Of a DNA stretch of 64,000 nt, positions 11,481-24,800 are shown in pieces; position 1 is the first letter of the stretch, and each line of letters starts with the position of its first letter. Under the pieces are notes generated by a model. That model searched no databases. It worked only from the letters and a program-made list of their open reading frames with translations, and was not told the DNA's origin. A program made the translations under genes and the position numbers. Origin of the DNA: Octopus sinensis (taxonomy: Eukaryota); NCBI RefSeq assembly GCF_006345805.1, contig NW_021833060.1, positions 1-64,000 of the forward strand, in the 5' to 3' direction.

Positions 11481-12781
11481 CTAGCAGTATAACCGGCCTT
11501 GCCCGGGATTAAGTTACGATTATTAAGCTAATCAAGTTCTTATTTCAAAACAAACTAAGTTATATCGACGACAAATTTGGACAAAATCTGTTGAAATTGG
11601 TTATATTATATATATCATATATATTATATATATTATATATTATACATATATAATATAATATAAATATATATGGGCATACATACACCTATTGCATGTTTTG
11701 TGCATGCATACACATTCATAAACAGAAACGAATGGAAAAATGTTAAAGTTGCAGATTAACACTCGCACGATTTTCACTAAGAAAAAAAATCGGGTTTTTT
11801 GCATGGAATCAACTTCTCTGGCACCCTAATATGCTACAAAACCCTTTGTGTGGTCCGTGAAACAGAGTGGGGTGGGGTGGAAGCCTCGGAAATTGTACTC
11901 ATTTATATTGTGTAATTCACTGACAAATTGTTACTCACCTCTTTGTTTCTTTTTTGTTAAATAAATGGATTCTCAACAAAATAATTTTTACTCGGCATAA
12001 AATAAAAACAAAACTCTTTCGCACCCAAAGTAATGTGTGTGAGAGAGAGGGGGAGAAATATGAACGATTTAAAATAGATAAATGATTTTAAATAAATATA
12101 TTGTAATTGTTGTGTGAGAAAGTATATATACTATGATTATAAAATATAGTGTCTTTCAAAAACAAAAAACAAAAACTTTACATTTTATTTTTTATGAACG
12201 TCGTCACTTACTTTCTCTCTCTCCCTCTCTCACTTGTCTTTCCCATGAAACTCTCTGCCCCTCTTCCACTTTTCTTTATCTTATTTCTTTTGTTAGACGC
12301 CATCAAAAATTAAGGCTGAAAATAGATTATCAACGTCATCACTTACTTTCTCTCTCTCTCCCTCTCTCACTTTGTCTTTCCCGCGAAACTCTCTGTCACC
12401 TTCTTCCACTTTTTTTTTGTTAGACGCCATCAAAAAGCAATGGCTGATATTTTTTATGAACGTCGTCACTTACTTTCTCTCTCTCTCCCTCTCTTGTTTT
12501 GTCTTTCCCGTGAAACTCTCTGCCTCCTTCTTCCACTTTTCTTTATTGTATTTTTATTTTGTTAGACGCCATCAAAAAGCAATGGCTGATATTTTTATGG
12601 CTAAAAGCTATGGTTGAAAATAGAATTTAATGCTATCCGCGGGTACCTCGGGAAAAAAATAAGTTGACAAAACCCAGATAGGATGTTGACGAATGTCCTC
12701 CTAAAATTTGAGCGACATGCGTGCTAATTTGTGGATGTGCATAAACTACAATCACGTACACACACACGCACACACATCTTG

Positions 12782-12872
<91 letters not shown>
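11481..12872 (-). mobile_element. Non-autonomous Helitron
   Basis: Minus strand: A|TC start followed by (TA)n and (TG)n; 3' GC hairpin CCCGGGCAAGGCCGG, then CTAG|T. Confidence 0.75.
12194..12580 (+). repeat. Three tandem units of about 130 bp within the non-autonomous Helitron
   Basis: Repeated AACGTCGTCACTTACTTTCTCTC...GTTAGACGCCATCAAAAA. Confidence 0.85.
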
Positions 12873-13439
12873 TATATTTTTTAAATTCAAGGGAGATAAT
12901 AAGAAGCTATCATGATGTCATCTGTGGTAAGGAATTTGTGTCAAGAAAATAAAATTTTCAAAATAATCTACATATAGGAAAAGCAATTCAATTATCATGT
13001 AAAAGTTGAAATGACATATTCAAAGAACATGGTACATCTGACAATGTTATGACACAATTTTTGAATTGTTTAAATAATTCAAATTTGCTATAAAGTAGTT
13101 TTTAGTATTCTTTTGGCAATCTGGAAGTTATTTTATGTGCACAAAATTACTTTCTTTAGTATTTTTTAAATTTGTAACATAGATAATGCAAAGAAAATTA
13201 GGCAGATTATTTATATGGAAAGACAATAGAATTTCTTATTATCTAAAATTTGTAGTTCATCGTAACTTTTATCATTCAGTGTTACAAGTTGCAATTAACA
13301 TTTACTCTGGGGTATTAAAAAGAAACAAAGACAATTTAGCAACTATCATTCAGGGAGGTACAATAAAATAGCAAAGTTACAAACATATTCAACAAAAGAC
13401 CTAAACAACTCAGCAAATTCAAGAATAGAACGGCACCGT

Positions 13440-14430
13440 GCTAGCAACTATCAAATTGTAGATTGAACATCCAGACAAATCTGGAACCCTCTTTCTACTC
13501 AACTTTCAACTCAGGATCATTGAGGAAGGCTCCATATTTACCAACTTCTTCAGAAAAGCCACTAGCAGAAAACTTTTTGTCCACTACTAATCAGCCTTAC
13601 CTACCAGAGACAAAGCTGCTTACATGACAAACCAGAGTGCGCATATAAACAACAATTGCAGTGAAGGGACTGACAAAGCCATCAACACCAAACAGTTCTT
13701 CAGAGACCTAACCCTGAATGGTTACCCACCATTCTTTAGCAAAACAACAGCACCTAAAGAACATCAGGGTCAATAAACACTGGAAGAACCATCGAATTCC
13801 CAAGTCTGGCACGTGCTTCGTAAAGTTACCACATTTTGATGACAGAACTACTGCAGTGGTACAAGACGCAGTCCGCAGAGAAGGACGCGACATACAGAGA
13901 GTGCACACCAGCCCTTCCCTGAGAAAAGCTCTGTCCAAGAACAACACCTCTCACTACTCTGAGGAGTGCTCCATCAATAACACTGATTCATATTCGAACT
14001 GCTCCATCAATGACACTGAATTGTGCCAGAGGACCCAATGTTGTATATGAGATCATCTGTGGCAAATGTGACGCATCCTACATAGGAAGCACAATAAGAA
14101 AACTGCATATACGCATAAAGGAACACATGCAGGGAGACACTTCTGTAAGGAAATATCTATGGAAATGCCAGACCCAGAAATTCACAGGGCACATCAGGGC
14201 AACAGAACAGAACAGGGGCAACCTTAGAATCTCTGAGGCCATCCTCGTACACCAAAGAAAACCAAATATCAACAACGGAAGAGAGTTACAGGAAGCTAGC
14301 TGCTTGCTATAGCAACACCTTTCCGTGCATGTCCACTCCACACACGCACATGCTCACACACACGCACATTGGCAACATTCGTTAATTTCTTGAAAATGGG
14401 GTCATAACCGTGAAATATTAAATGCAAGGT
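13440..14430 (+). mobile_element. Penelope-like element fragment (RT C-terminus plus GIY-YIG endonuclease)
   Basis: VVYEIICGKCDASYIGSTIRKLHIRIKEH, LRISEAIL, KPNIN; upstream LPFL.FQL and FFRK-like RT thumb remnants. Confidence 0.85.
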
Positions 14431-14929
14431 AAGTACATTAATCATGTATTTGTTTTCTTGTGATTTACCTTGCATTTACTTTGCATTGTTCTGGCCTTAC
14501 TCACAATCCTTTATGCAAATATTCTACACAATGCTTCATAGTAATTATTCCATATATATATTGCTCTTTGCCCTTTGACTAAGCCATTAAAAAAAAAGAT
14601 CTTAAATATTCACAGAATAAAACACATTAAGATAGAGCTAAAGATTGCTTTCTGGTATATAAAAAAAAAGGAAAATAAATGTGCCAAAATCCCATCACAA
14701 AGAGTCATTCATAAAATATATATTTTTTTTTAATTATAAATTCCATATTTTCCTGGAAAGTAGTATAACAAATGGAATTTCGTTTGGAATTCTATGAATC
14801 TTTTGAATTGTCTCAATGTTTTCAGTAAACTTGTATCTACTGAGGAACACTGATGACAATAGTATCTGCAGCTGTATTCATGTAATGATGGGTTGGAGAA
14901 TCAGTTGTTTCCAGAACATCTTCTTCAAG

Positions 14930-15065
14930 TTAGTCAGCAGTAAATAATAGATTTTCTTTCATAGGTCTTGAAGTAGAATGATACTGGTCTGTAAGGATAG
15001 TCATTGTCTGTTGAGAATGTAACGAAATTGTCTCTGGATTGAAGCGTGTTCCCAATAACCGGACC
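14930..15065 (-). CDS. GDPD5-like: GDPD5-like last coding exon: [44 protein letters not shown]
   Basis: ctttgcAG acceptor; NPE.I.L and MKE.L.F tail motifs; TAA at 14932-14930. Confidence 0.88.
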
Positions 15066-15545
15066 CTGCAAAGATTAAAGTTTTTAAGTAAGTGACCAAT
15101 AAAGGAAAAAAAATCACTCGATAAACATTGCAATAATTTTCCATTACATGCGAAACTTTACATGTAATACATTGACTTACCATTGTACTATAAGTATGGT
15201 GATGATGATGATAGCAGATATTATATCAACTGAAACCCATGTCATGAGATATGTTCCTGGAGTCTGGAAGATAACATAAAAGAAAATTAAATATTTGGAC
15301 TGCTACTATTATTAGTATTACTCAGGCAATGAGCAAGCAAATATGTATGTTAGCATGTCAAACAAAATGTCTAGCAGCATCTCTTCCAGCTCTCTATGTT
15401 CCAAGTTCAAATTCTAATGAGGTTACCTTTGCTTTTCATCCTTCTGGGGGTCAATAAAATAAATACCAGTGAAGCACAGGTTGATGCAAACAACTAGCCC
15501 CTACCCCTAAAATTGCTGGACTTATGCCACAACATGAAAGGATTA

Positions 15546-15587
<42 letters not shown>

Positions 15588-18500
15588 GAAGGTGGCGAGC
15601 TGGCAGAATCGTTAGCACGCCAGGTGAAATGCTTATCAGTATTTTGTCTGCCACTGCATTCTGTATTCATATTCTACCAAGGTTGACTTTACCTTTCATC
15701 CTTTCAGAGTCCCTGAAATAAGTACCAATTACATACTGATGTCAATGTAATCAACTAGCCCCCACTTCCTCCAAAAATTTTCAAGGCCTTGTGCCTTAGT
15801 GTCAGGCAAATTTCTACTGTATCACCTGCTACACCTCCATGTATGTAGCATTGTGTGTTCTTTTTGGGGGGAGTGCAAACTCTTTCCAATATTGTACTGC
15901 ATTAGTTTGTTTTATTATGGGTCTAATTGCAGTCTTTCATTGTATTAGTGTTTGTATTGTGCATTTTGTGTATAGTACGAGTTGTGTTCCTTATATCAGT
16001 ATTTCTTCTTCTCGATATTTCATGCTTGTTTTATTATCTCTGTGTTTCAGGTATAGATTTGCAGTGCAGAATGCATATAGTACTTCAATGTAGTTGTCAT
16101 TTGTCCACTATTTTCTTTTGGCTTTGCATTTTGCTTGGGCAGTGAAATTAAGAGTCTGTCTGTTTGATGTTAACTTTTTGGCAGAACACCATCTATGGAC
16201 ATGTGCTAAAGCTTCTTTTGTATCATGATCACCTGAGACTCACAAATCGAAATTCACCTCTATTTGTCTTCATAGTTTTATTACTGAGCATTTCAGCCTT
16301 TTCTCTATTTAAAATAAAACATGTTGCATCCCATAGTTTTCAAAATGATTATTACTATTACTATTGTTCTTATTTCATTCTTGGATTTGGCTGTGTAAAT
16401 AACAGAGTCAAGACTATTGAAAAGGTTGCAAGATGCAACGAAAATTTTAGGAAAATAAAAATAAGAAATATGGGGAAATTTTACCGGTGAGTGTTAAATT
16501 ATAAGGCACAAAAAGAAAATTATTCTCCCCAGACACAACAGAATATTGTTCTTATTGTTTTCTAGTAGTTTTCTTTTTGCAGTGTGCTTTCTCTGCACTA
16601 TTGAATGCAGCTGTGTGTCATGGTTACACATGGTGTTTTGCTTTGGTTTTATTATCTTTTACTGAATTAAAAGTGTTCTACATAATATGTGTGTGGTGCA
16701 TAGCATTGCAATCTTCTATATGTTACACATTATTATTATATGCCAGGGTCAACTTAGCCATTCATTCTTTCAGGATCAATAGGATAAGTACCAGCTGAAC
16801 TCTGGGGTTAATATAATTGGTTTGCCTTTCTCTGAAACTCTTGAACTTCTTCCAAAATTTGAAATCATCATCATTATTATCATTATTAAGGCACTGAGTT
16901 GCCAGAATCATTAGTACACTGGACAAAATGCTTAGTGGCATCTCGTCTGCCTTTATGTTCTGAATTCAAATTCTGTTGACGGTGCCTTTCATCAATGAAA
17001 CAGTGGGGTCAACGTAATCAACTAGTCCCTTCCCAAAAAAATTTCAAGTCTTGTTCTTGTAGTAGAAAGGATTATTATTATCATTTGTTGGTGTCAGTAG
17101 CAGTAGCAGTATGATCATCAAAGATCATCAAAGATGCTTATTTTTCTTCATTGAAAGAAATTAAATTACTGAAAATTTTAATGCATATTAGAATGAGAAA
17201 CAGATTCCTAAGAGATTTCAAACTAAATACAAAACATAAAATTAGACACAAAATTTCAGAAACTTCAAAAGAATTGGTTTAAACTTGCCAAATGCCATAA
17301 TGGTTTTTCAATTTTATTGAGGACATGACATTCATCTGTTGTTACAGATTGTACACCCAGACACCAATACAGGGAAAACAGCCAGTATGAATTAACCAAG
17401 TAGACATTAGTAGTAATGTTGGATTCACGATATTGTCTGAAAACAATAAAAATGAAAGTGAATAGTCACCAGTTAGAGAAGTCTAAATATGATTTAACTC
17501 TATAGATTTATACCATAGTATATAACACATTAGTGGGTCCTATAATTAACATTAATTGGCTAACAAAGGTAAATAGCCAAACTAAACTTTTGCAGGTGCA
17601 GACTTAGTAAGAAGTTTGCTTCCCAACCACATGGTTCCAGGTTCAGTCCCACTGTGTAGCACCTTGGACAAGTGTCTTCTATAGCCTTGGACTGACCAAA
17701 GCCTTGACAACTGGTATCGGTGTGTTTATGTCCATGTGACTTAGTTGTTTGACAAAGGGTCTAATAGAATAAGTTCCAGGCTTAAAAAAACCCAAAAAAC
17801 TAAGAACTGGGATTGATTTGGTTGACTAAAATTCTTCAAGGTGGTGCCCCAGCATGACCACAGTCTAATGACTGAAACAAATAAAAGATAAAAGATGAAT
17901 CACTGAATTGAGATATCTTGCATTAACCCTTTTGGCAACAACCCACCAGAGACTACCATCAGTTCTATCATGTTTAACTCATTAGCGTTCAGTTTCAAAT
18001 GTATTCAGATTTCAAATGTAATGCTCATTTATTCAGATTGTTTTCAATTAGTTGTGCATTATCTCATACCTTTGAAATTTTGATGATGTGATTGTTTATT
18101 GTTTGAATGACATTACAGGGTAGATGTGAGAGACTAGTATTGGCCAGTTTGAACATAAAACAGGTAGAATATTTGTGTCAAATATGGTTGGTTGAAATGT
18201 TAAAGAGTTAATGTGATCTAAATCTATACATTCCTTCAAATTGTTCTGTTAATTTATGTTCCACACACCAGCTTAATAATGATTAAATTATTTTACTAAA
18301 TTCTTCATTATTTCAAAATTAATTGAAAAAATGGCAGTGTATTTTGACAGAAATACGGTACCAAGTGAGTTAACCATTCCGTTGATATATCAGTTTAGAT
18401 GATTAAATATCTTTACTAGAAATCTGTAGATAGGATAGACCCAAAAAGATGTGGGACGAAGTGGCAAGAAAGGATCTTCAGATGCTGGGCCTCAATGAGG

Positions 18501-21500
18501 AGATGACAAAGGACCAAGACTTGTGGTGAGTTGTTGTACCTCAGAAAACACATCAAGCTACATAAAATCTCAGCCATCCATACATATAGGGATGTCCTTT
18601 ATAGCCATGTCCACACTCCCTCTCTCAGCTAAAAGGTGCTTGACTTGCAGGTGCCAGTACCATGTAAAATGCACTCATGCAGCTGCCACATAAAATGCAC
18701 TCATGCTGGTTCCATGTAGGAAGCACCCAGCACACTCTGTAAAGTGGTTGGTGTTAGGAAGGGCATCCAGCCATAGATACCATTCCAAAACAGACAATTG
18801 GAGCCTGGACAACTCCCCAACTGGCCAGCTCCTGTCAAGCCATCCAACCCATGCCAGCATAGAAAACAGATGTTAAACGATGATGATAATTACTATAAAC
18901 TACTGACAACCAGTAACATATCAAGCTATCAATAACATGTCGAGCTTATTCACTTGGTCAGCTGTGATTCTCAACAGTGTAAATAACAGGTAAATACCAG
19001 AATCAAATTGGTAAAGAATTCAAAGTATGTACAATGTAGACATTAACTGCAGCAGCATTTTTAAAGTTTGTTTGAATGTTCAGGGTAAATTAACTTAAAT
19101 TGTAAATTCAAAGAGTATGAACAAGAAATGAAATTTGAGAAGAAAAAAAAGCAAAAAACAAGAATAACTGAGTAATGAAGCATGGGATAAATAAGTATGG
19201 AGAAAAAGAATAAATATAAATTGACAAAGCTATGAAATAAGATTAAAACTTACAGGATTTCAACTTCACTAAGTGTATCATACCTAGCATTGAAATTAGA
19301 GATATGCAATTTTATGAGATCTTCAACTGGTAGATAACTTGTCCCAGTTTGTGTAAAATTGGTGGTATATGCTGAATGATAGACTTTTGAGAACCACCAA
19401 ATCTATAAAAAGTGAAACAGAGGACAAAAGGTTATTCATAAAATTAGTTGGGATTATATTGGTTTTAAATTTTGGCACAAGGTCAGCAATTCCAGGGAAG
19501 GTGGGTAAGTTGATTACATTGACCCCCAGCAACTCAACTGGTACTTATTTTATTGTTCTTGCAAGGATGAAAGGCAAAGTTGACCTCAGAAGAATTTGAA
19601 CACAGAATGTAAAGGCAGACAAAATAGTGCTATGCATTTTGCCTGGCATGCAAACAATTCTGCTAACTTACCACATTAAATTGGGATTATATTAACTACA
19701 TATTGGACAAATCAATTATAGACGTAGTAGTTGTGTTTAAAAGATCTGAGTAGAATAGAAGCCTGGAAAACAAACAAGATAGGAAACACAAGATGCAAAT
19801 CTTGCCTCAAGGAAGGATACTTTGTCAAAGAGAAAGGATTTGGGACAATAATAGAAGAGTAGAAACAGCGTATCATAGCACAAGCAGTTGTGTTTAAAAA
19901 GTGTTAGAAGAAAAGTTTGGTTTGATGTTTCCAAATGTGTCAGAGCTAATATTAAAAAATTACTGCCAACCAAACATCATTAAACATTATGAATACAACA
20001 TTAGACAACAGACAATACCACCTCTCTACTACAAACTATTATATTAGCAAAATCACAAGCTAGGGAGAGTATATTACTAACAGTAGTTGCTAAAAATTTT
20101 ACATGAAGATAAATAATTTGAAGATTATGGCATAAAAGGAAAACACTCTAGATTCATGTTATAAGTTTTAGCAATATTAACTACTGTATTTTCCAGCCTA
20201 AGAGCACATACACTACTGGTTAGGGTGTTACATTCAGGATTGTGAGATTGAGGTTTCAATTCTTAGACCATGTTGTGCATTGTTGTCTTGAGCAAAACAC
20301 GTCATCTCACGTTGTTCTGCGATCACTTCAACACCTGACATGAGCCTTGATTTGTTGAAAGGAGTGAGCTAATGTACAACACATACATTAGATCACTATA
20401 AACAAATCAGCTGTGCAGTTTGTTTAGCAAAAAAGCTGAACATTCATACATCATCTTTGGCAGGAGAGCCTATCATTTTCCAGTACAAAAGTTAATGTTG
20501 TATATTGTGTAAACACATAGTGTAAACATTTCATCCTGCTACATTTTGCATAGAACTTTTGGTCCTCAAAACTTGTCCAGTATAAGTTGACCTTTTTTTT
20601 GGCTGTAACTTTTGGGTTGAAAATTCAACTTGTATACTAGAAAATATAATATGCTAATATTGCTAGAACTTTCAATTTTATGTGCAAACTTTTATCCAGG
20701 ATATCAATAATGTTCGTAAAGCACTCCGTACAAAGAAGGAAACTGTGTCATCTATCAACATATAAATAACAGAAACTAATTGACATGTCAAAACTAGCAT
20801 ATTTCATACAGATGCAAGTAATAAGAAAGCAAAAAAAAAATCTACCTGTTTAGGAAGAATTCCAGTGTTCAGTATCACATCAACAGCTTTTTTATAAGCT
20901 GTATGGTAATAAGGATTTTCCTTGACTGGGATTTGTACGTCTATAAAAATATTCTTCCCTGTCAAGTTTGCTAAGTCAATCAATTCTTCCAAAGACATAA
21001 TGGTTTGGTTATTGTAGATTTCCTTTGTTTTGTCAGTAAGAGATCCAACAACATCCATTGGATCTTCCTAATATGCAGACAAATATATATAAGAAAGCAA
21101 GATCAGCAGAGAAAACTTGAGAAAGAAAATTATCATATAAAATATGAATCTGTTTAGTAAAATTCTTGGCTTTGGGAAGGATTAACTGGTAGAAATTTAA
21201 GATTGAGAATGTAATGAATATCATGAAGTAAGCATTATCATTAAGCATTATTCATTTGTTTAGTTGTTTATTTTATATTTGGTTTTCTAAACTGGCTTAG
21301 GTTAGACATGTACTTATTTGAGACAGTATTTTATATTCGAATGCCTTTCTTGTCACCAACCTTTAATTATATTACAAGTACAGGTGTTATTTTTATATTT
21401 CACTACTTCCAAAATTCAAAGTTATGAGACTTAATGTAAGCACAACACCATATCATTATTCATTTTAATGTTGTTGTTATTATTATAATTAATCAGTTTA

Positions 21501-21806
21501 GATAATCTCATGCAAAGAAGTGGAAATAACAACTACCCACACATACAAATATGTACAAATACTCACACACACACACACACACACACGCGGGTGCGCACTC
21601 ACACACATACACACATGCTCTCACACACACATACACACACGCTCTCACACACACACACACATGCTCACACACACACACGCTCACACACACACACTCTCTC
21701 TATATATATATATATACTTTTGCTGCTTAAAATAAAGCATATTACTCTACCACTGGTATTTGAGTACTCTTTTTTCCACCTTGTTTCACATTTATGTGTT
21801 TACTCC

Positions 21807-21855
<49 letters not shown>

Positions 21856-24800
21856 CTCTCTCTCTCACACACACACACACACATGCACACAGGTTTAGAA
21901 ATAGTTTCTGTTTATAAAATAAATGGATAATACTTAATCCTGTTAGCATTCAGATTACACTGTCAAATATAGTCCTTCCTACTAAAGGTACAAGGCCTGA
22001 AATCTTGTTGGGGCAGGACTAGATTAAATTAACCCCAATGCTAAACTGATTGAGTATTTCATCAACCCCAAAAGGATGAATGACACAGTTGACTCATTTT
22101 ACTAAACAAACTCAGATTCTAAATGATAGTTTGAACTCAGAATGTAAAGCCAGAAGAAATGCTGCTAAGCCTTTTGTCCAGTATGCTGATGATTCTGTCA
22201 GCTCACCACCTTATTCTGTCAAATATAATGCTTATTTGCATTGATTTGAATTAATCGTGCATTATTTTGCAACTTTTAAAAATATAACTTATCTATGGAA
22301 TGACATTGTAAGGTAGATGTGAGAGGCAGGATCTGGCCTGTTTGAGCATAAAAGATGTAGAATATTTGGGCCAGATATGGCCTGTTTAAATATTAAGGAT
22401 ATCATACCATAAAGAGTGTAGAACATATGAAATAAATTTAGAACAGACAGCAAAAATGCTGGAAAAAAATCTAGCAGTAAGATTAAAATAAAGCTAAATA
22501 ACACACTCAAAATTCAACATAACAGAGACATGAGATACCATCCACACTTTTTCCAAACTCTATTATTAGCTGCTAAGCTGGGAAAGTATTGATTTTTAAT
22601 CATGCTTTGACTGTGGTATAACAAATTGCTGGTATCAAAACTGAAAATGAGTCATATCTATAATTATTTATCAATTTCAGTAAATTTAACATGGTTAATC
22701 ATCAGTTATCAGAGAAAGCAACTGCAGAATATTTAATTATATAACTAGTTTAAATGAATAAAAAGAGCCACCAAGTAGATGTTGTAAGGTGTCTAGTAAA
22801 TATACTCTAAACTGCAAAAGAAATGTGATTATTTTTCAAAATGTTGGTGCAGACAGAGAGAAAGGCATCAAAGCGCAGCGCTATGTTGATCAGATCCTAA
22901 GACCTTACATCATGCCCTTCTTCACATGTCACCATAGCCACATGCTCCAGCAGGACAATGCTCCTTCCCACATGGCCAAGTTCACCATGGACTTCCTGCA
23001 TCAGTACAACATTAGAACCATGCTGTATCTGGCTCTCAACCCAGATTTGAATCCATTTGAATACCTGTATGATGAAATCCAGAGATGGCTGAACCAGGTG
23101 GTCCCAAGGCTGGCAACACATGTGGAGCTGGAGGCAGCTTTCCTCAGGGTGTGGGCACAGGTGCCAATGGCTTTTGTGAACTGCCTCAGGCACTCCATGT
23201 ACTGATGGTGTACAGCTGTTTTTGAGTGCCCAAGGAGGGCATACACGGTATTGAACATGTCATGCCCTACAATCTCAATGTGCTGGATTCGCCCACTACC
23301 AGAACACGTGATGATGACTCATAGATTGAGGTTAAACTGCATTCAAGAAATTGACTTTATCAGATTTATCAAAATTCATCTCTGACATAATGAAATTAAA
23401 ACATATTTCACAGTCATACACGTCTCCTGTTTCTCTTGCAGTTCAGTCTACAATGATCACATGGAAATATATAAAATTCCTGGATTTGAGTTGGTACAAT
23501 AGAGTTGTGTAGCATTTGGGACACGTGAATGATTTTCATCATCAATTACAAGGATGTTTCCACTTGCACAACCCTATATACATGCACTACACTAACACAC
23601 ACACCGCTACCCCTTTATGCTTCTTTCCAGACATGGATGCATTCAATATACTTACACCTGCACACCTACCTCTTCTCTTTGAACTCCCCTATAATATCAC
23701 AGCATTCCCACTTGGTTTCTAACCCTTTGCCTATTTCTTTTTATTGAATATATCTCTTTCTCACTCCCATATATGCTTTTCCCTTTCTTTTCTTCTGATA
23801 AAGGACTAATGTCCAAAACATTAAGACACTCTCTCTTTCCAATGAAGCATTAGGCTAACATTGGGTTTGTTCAAATTTGTTCCTCCTACATTTTCCTTTT
23901 TATTGTTCACTGTGTGTGTGTATGATTCTTCTTTGAGCCTTATTTTCTTCTTAAAAGAGTTCAAGCTGGTCACTAACAAAGCAACAAAACTTTTTAGTCA
24001 AAAGAGTTTCCAGTGTTTGTAAATATGAGGTTGAGTTGGTGTGTTGGTTGAGCTGTTGATGCACCCACCCAGTTGTGTGCATCTCTTCACCTAAAGAATC
24101 TCAAATGGACATTCTTCAAAATGTCTAACAAATCTTCACTGTGTCACTAACAGACTGGATTTGGAGAATTCACATCAGTTTATTTATTTATTTATTCATT
24201 TATTTATATGTGTGAGTGAGTGTGTATGTGTATTCAAACATACATACATACATACATACAGTGGTTCTCAACCAGGGTCTATATAAGATTTTGTTGTTAA
24301 AATTTATGAGCAATGAATTGGTTATACTTCTACAATACACAAAGTGTTTTAATATTTTTATACAATTCCTACTAATATTTAATTATAGAAATATAATAGG
24401 ATTTTTTAAACATCAAATGACTAGGAGGATCCATTGAGTAAAATAGGGATCAAAGGGGTCCATAAGTAAAAACAAAATGGCCAAGAAACACTGTTGTAAA
24501 TGAATGTCACTGTCATACAAGCAGTGTTATTCATTTCCAATATTCCACTAAAACATGTCTGGTCATGGTGAAATATTTTTTTCTACTCTAGGCACAAGCC
24601 CCAAATTTTTGAGGAGGGAGCCAGTCAATAAGATCGACCCTATTACACAAATAGTACTTAATTTATCGACCCTGAAAGGATAAAAGGCAAAGTCGACCTC
24701 AGCGGAATTTGAACTCAGAACATAAAGACAGATGAAATATTGCTAAGCTAATGTTTCTGCCAGCTCACCACCTTAATCATGGGTAAATATTACATTGCTA

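Noticed and set aside
12633-12952. ORFs rich in YI/IY, HT or CV repeats (also near 21510, 25873, 40249, 48317)
   Set aside because: Translations of (TA)n and (CA)n microsatellites, not genes
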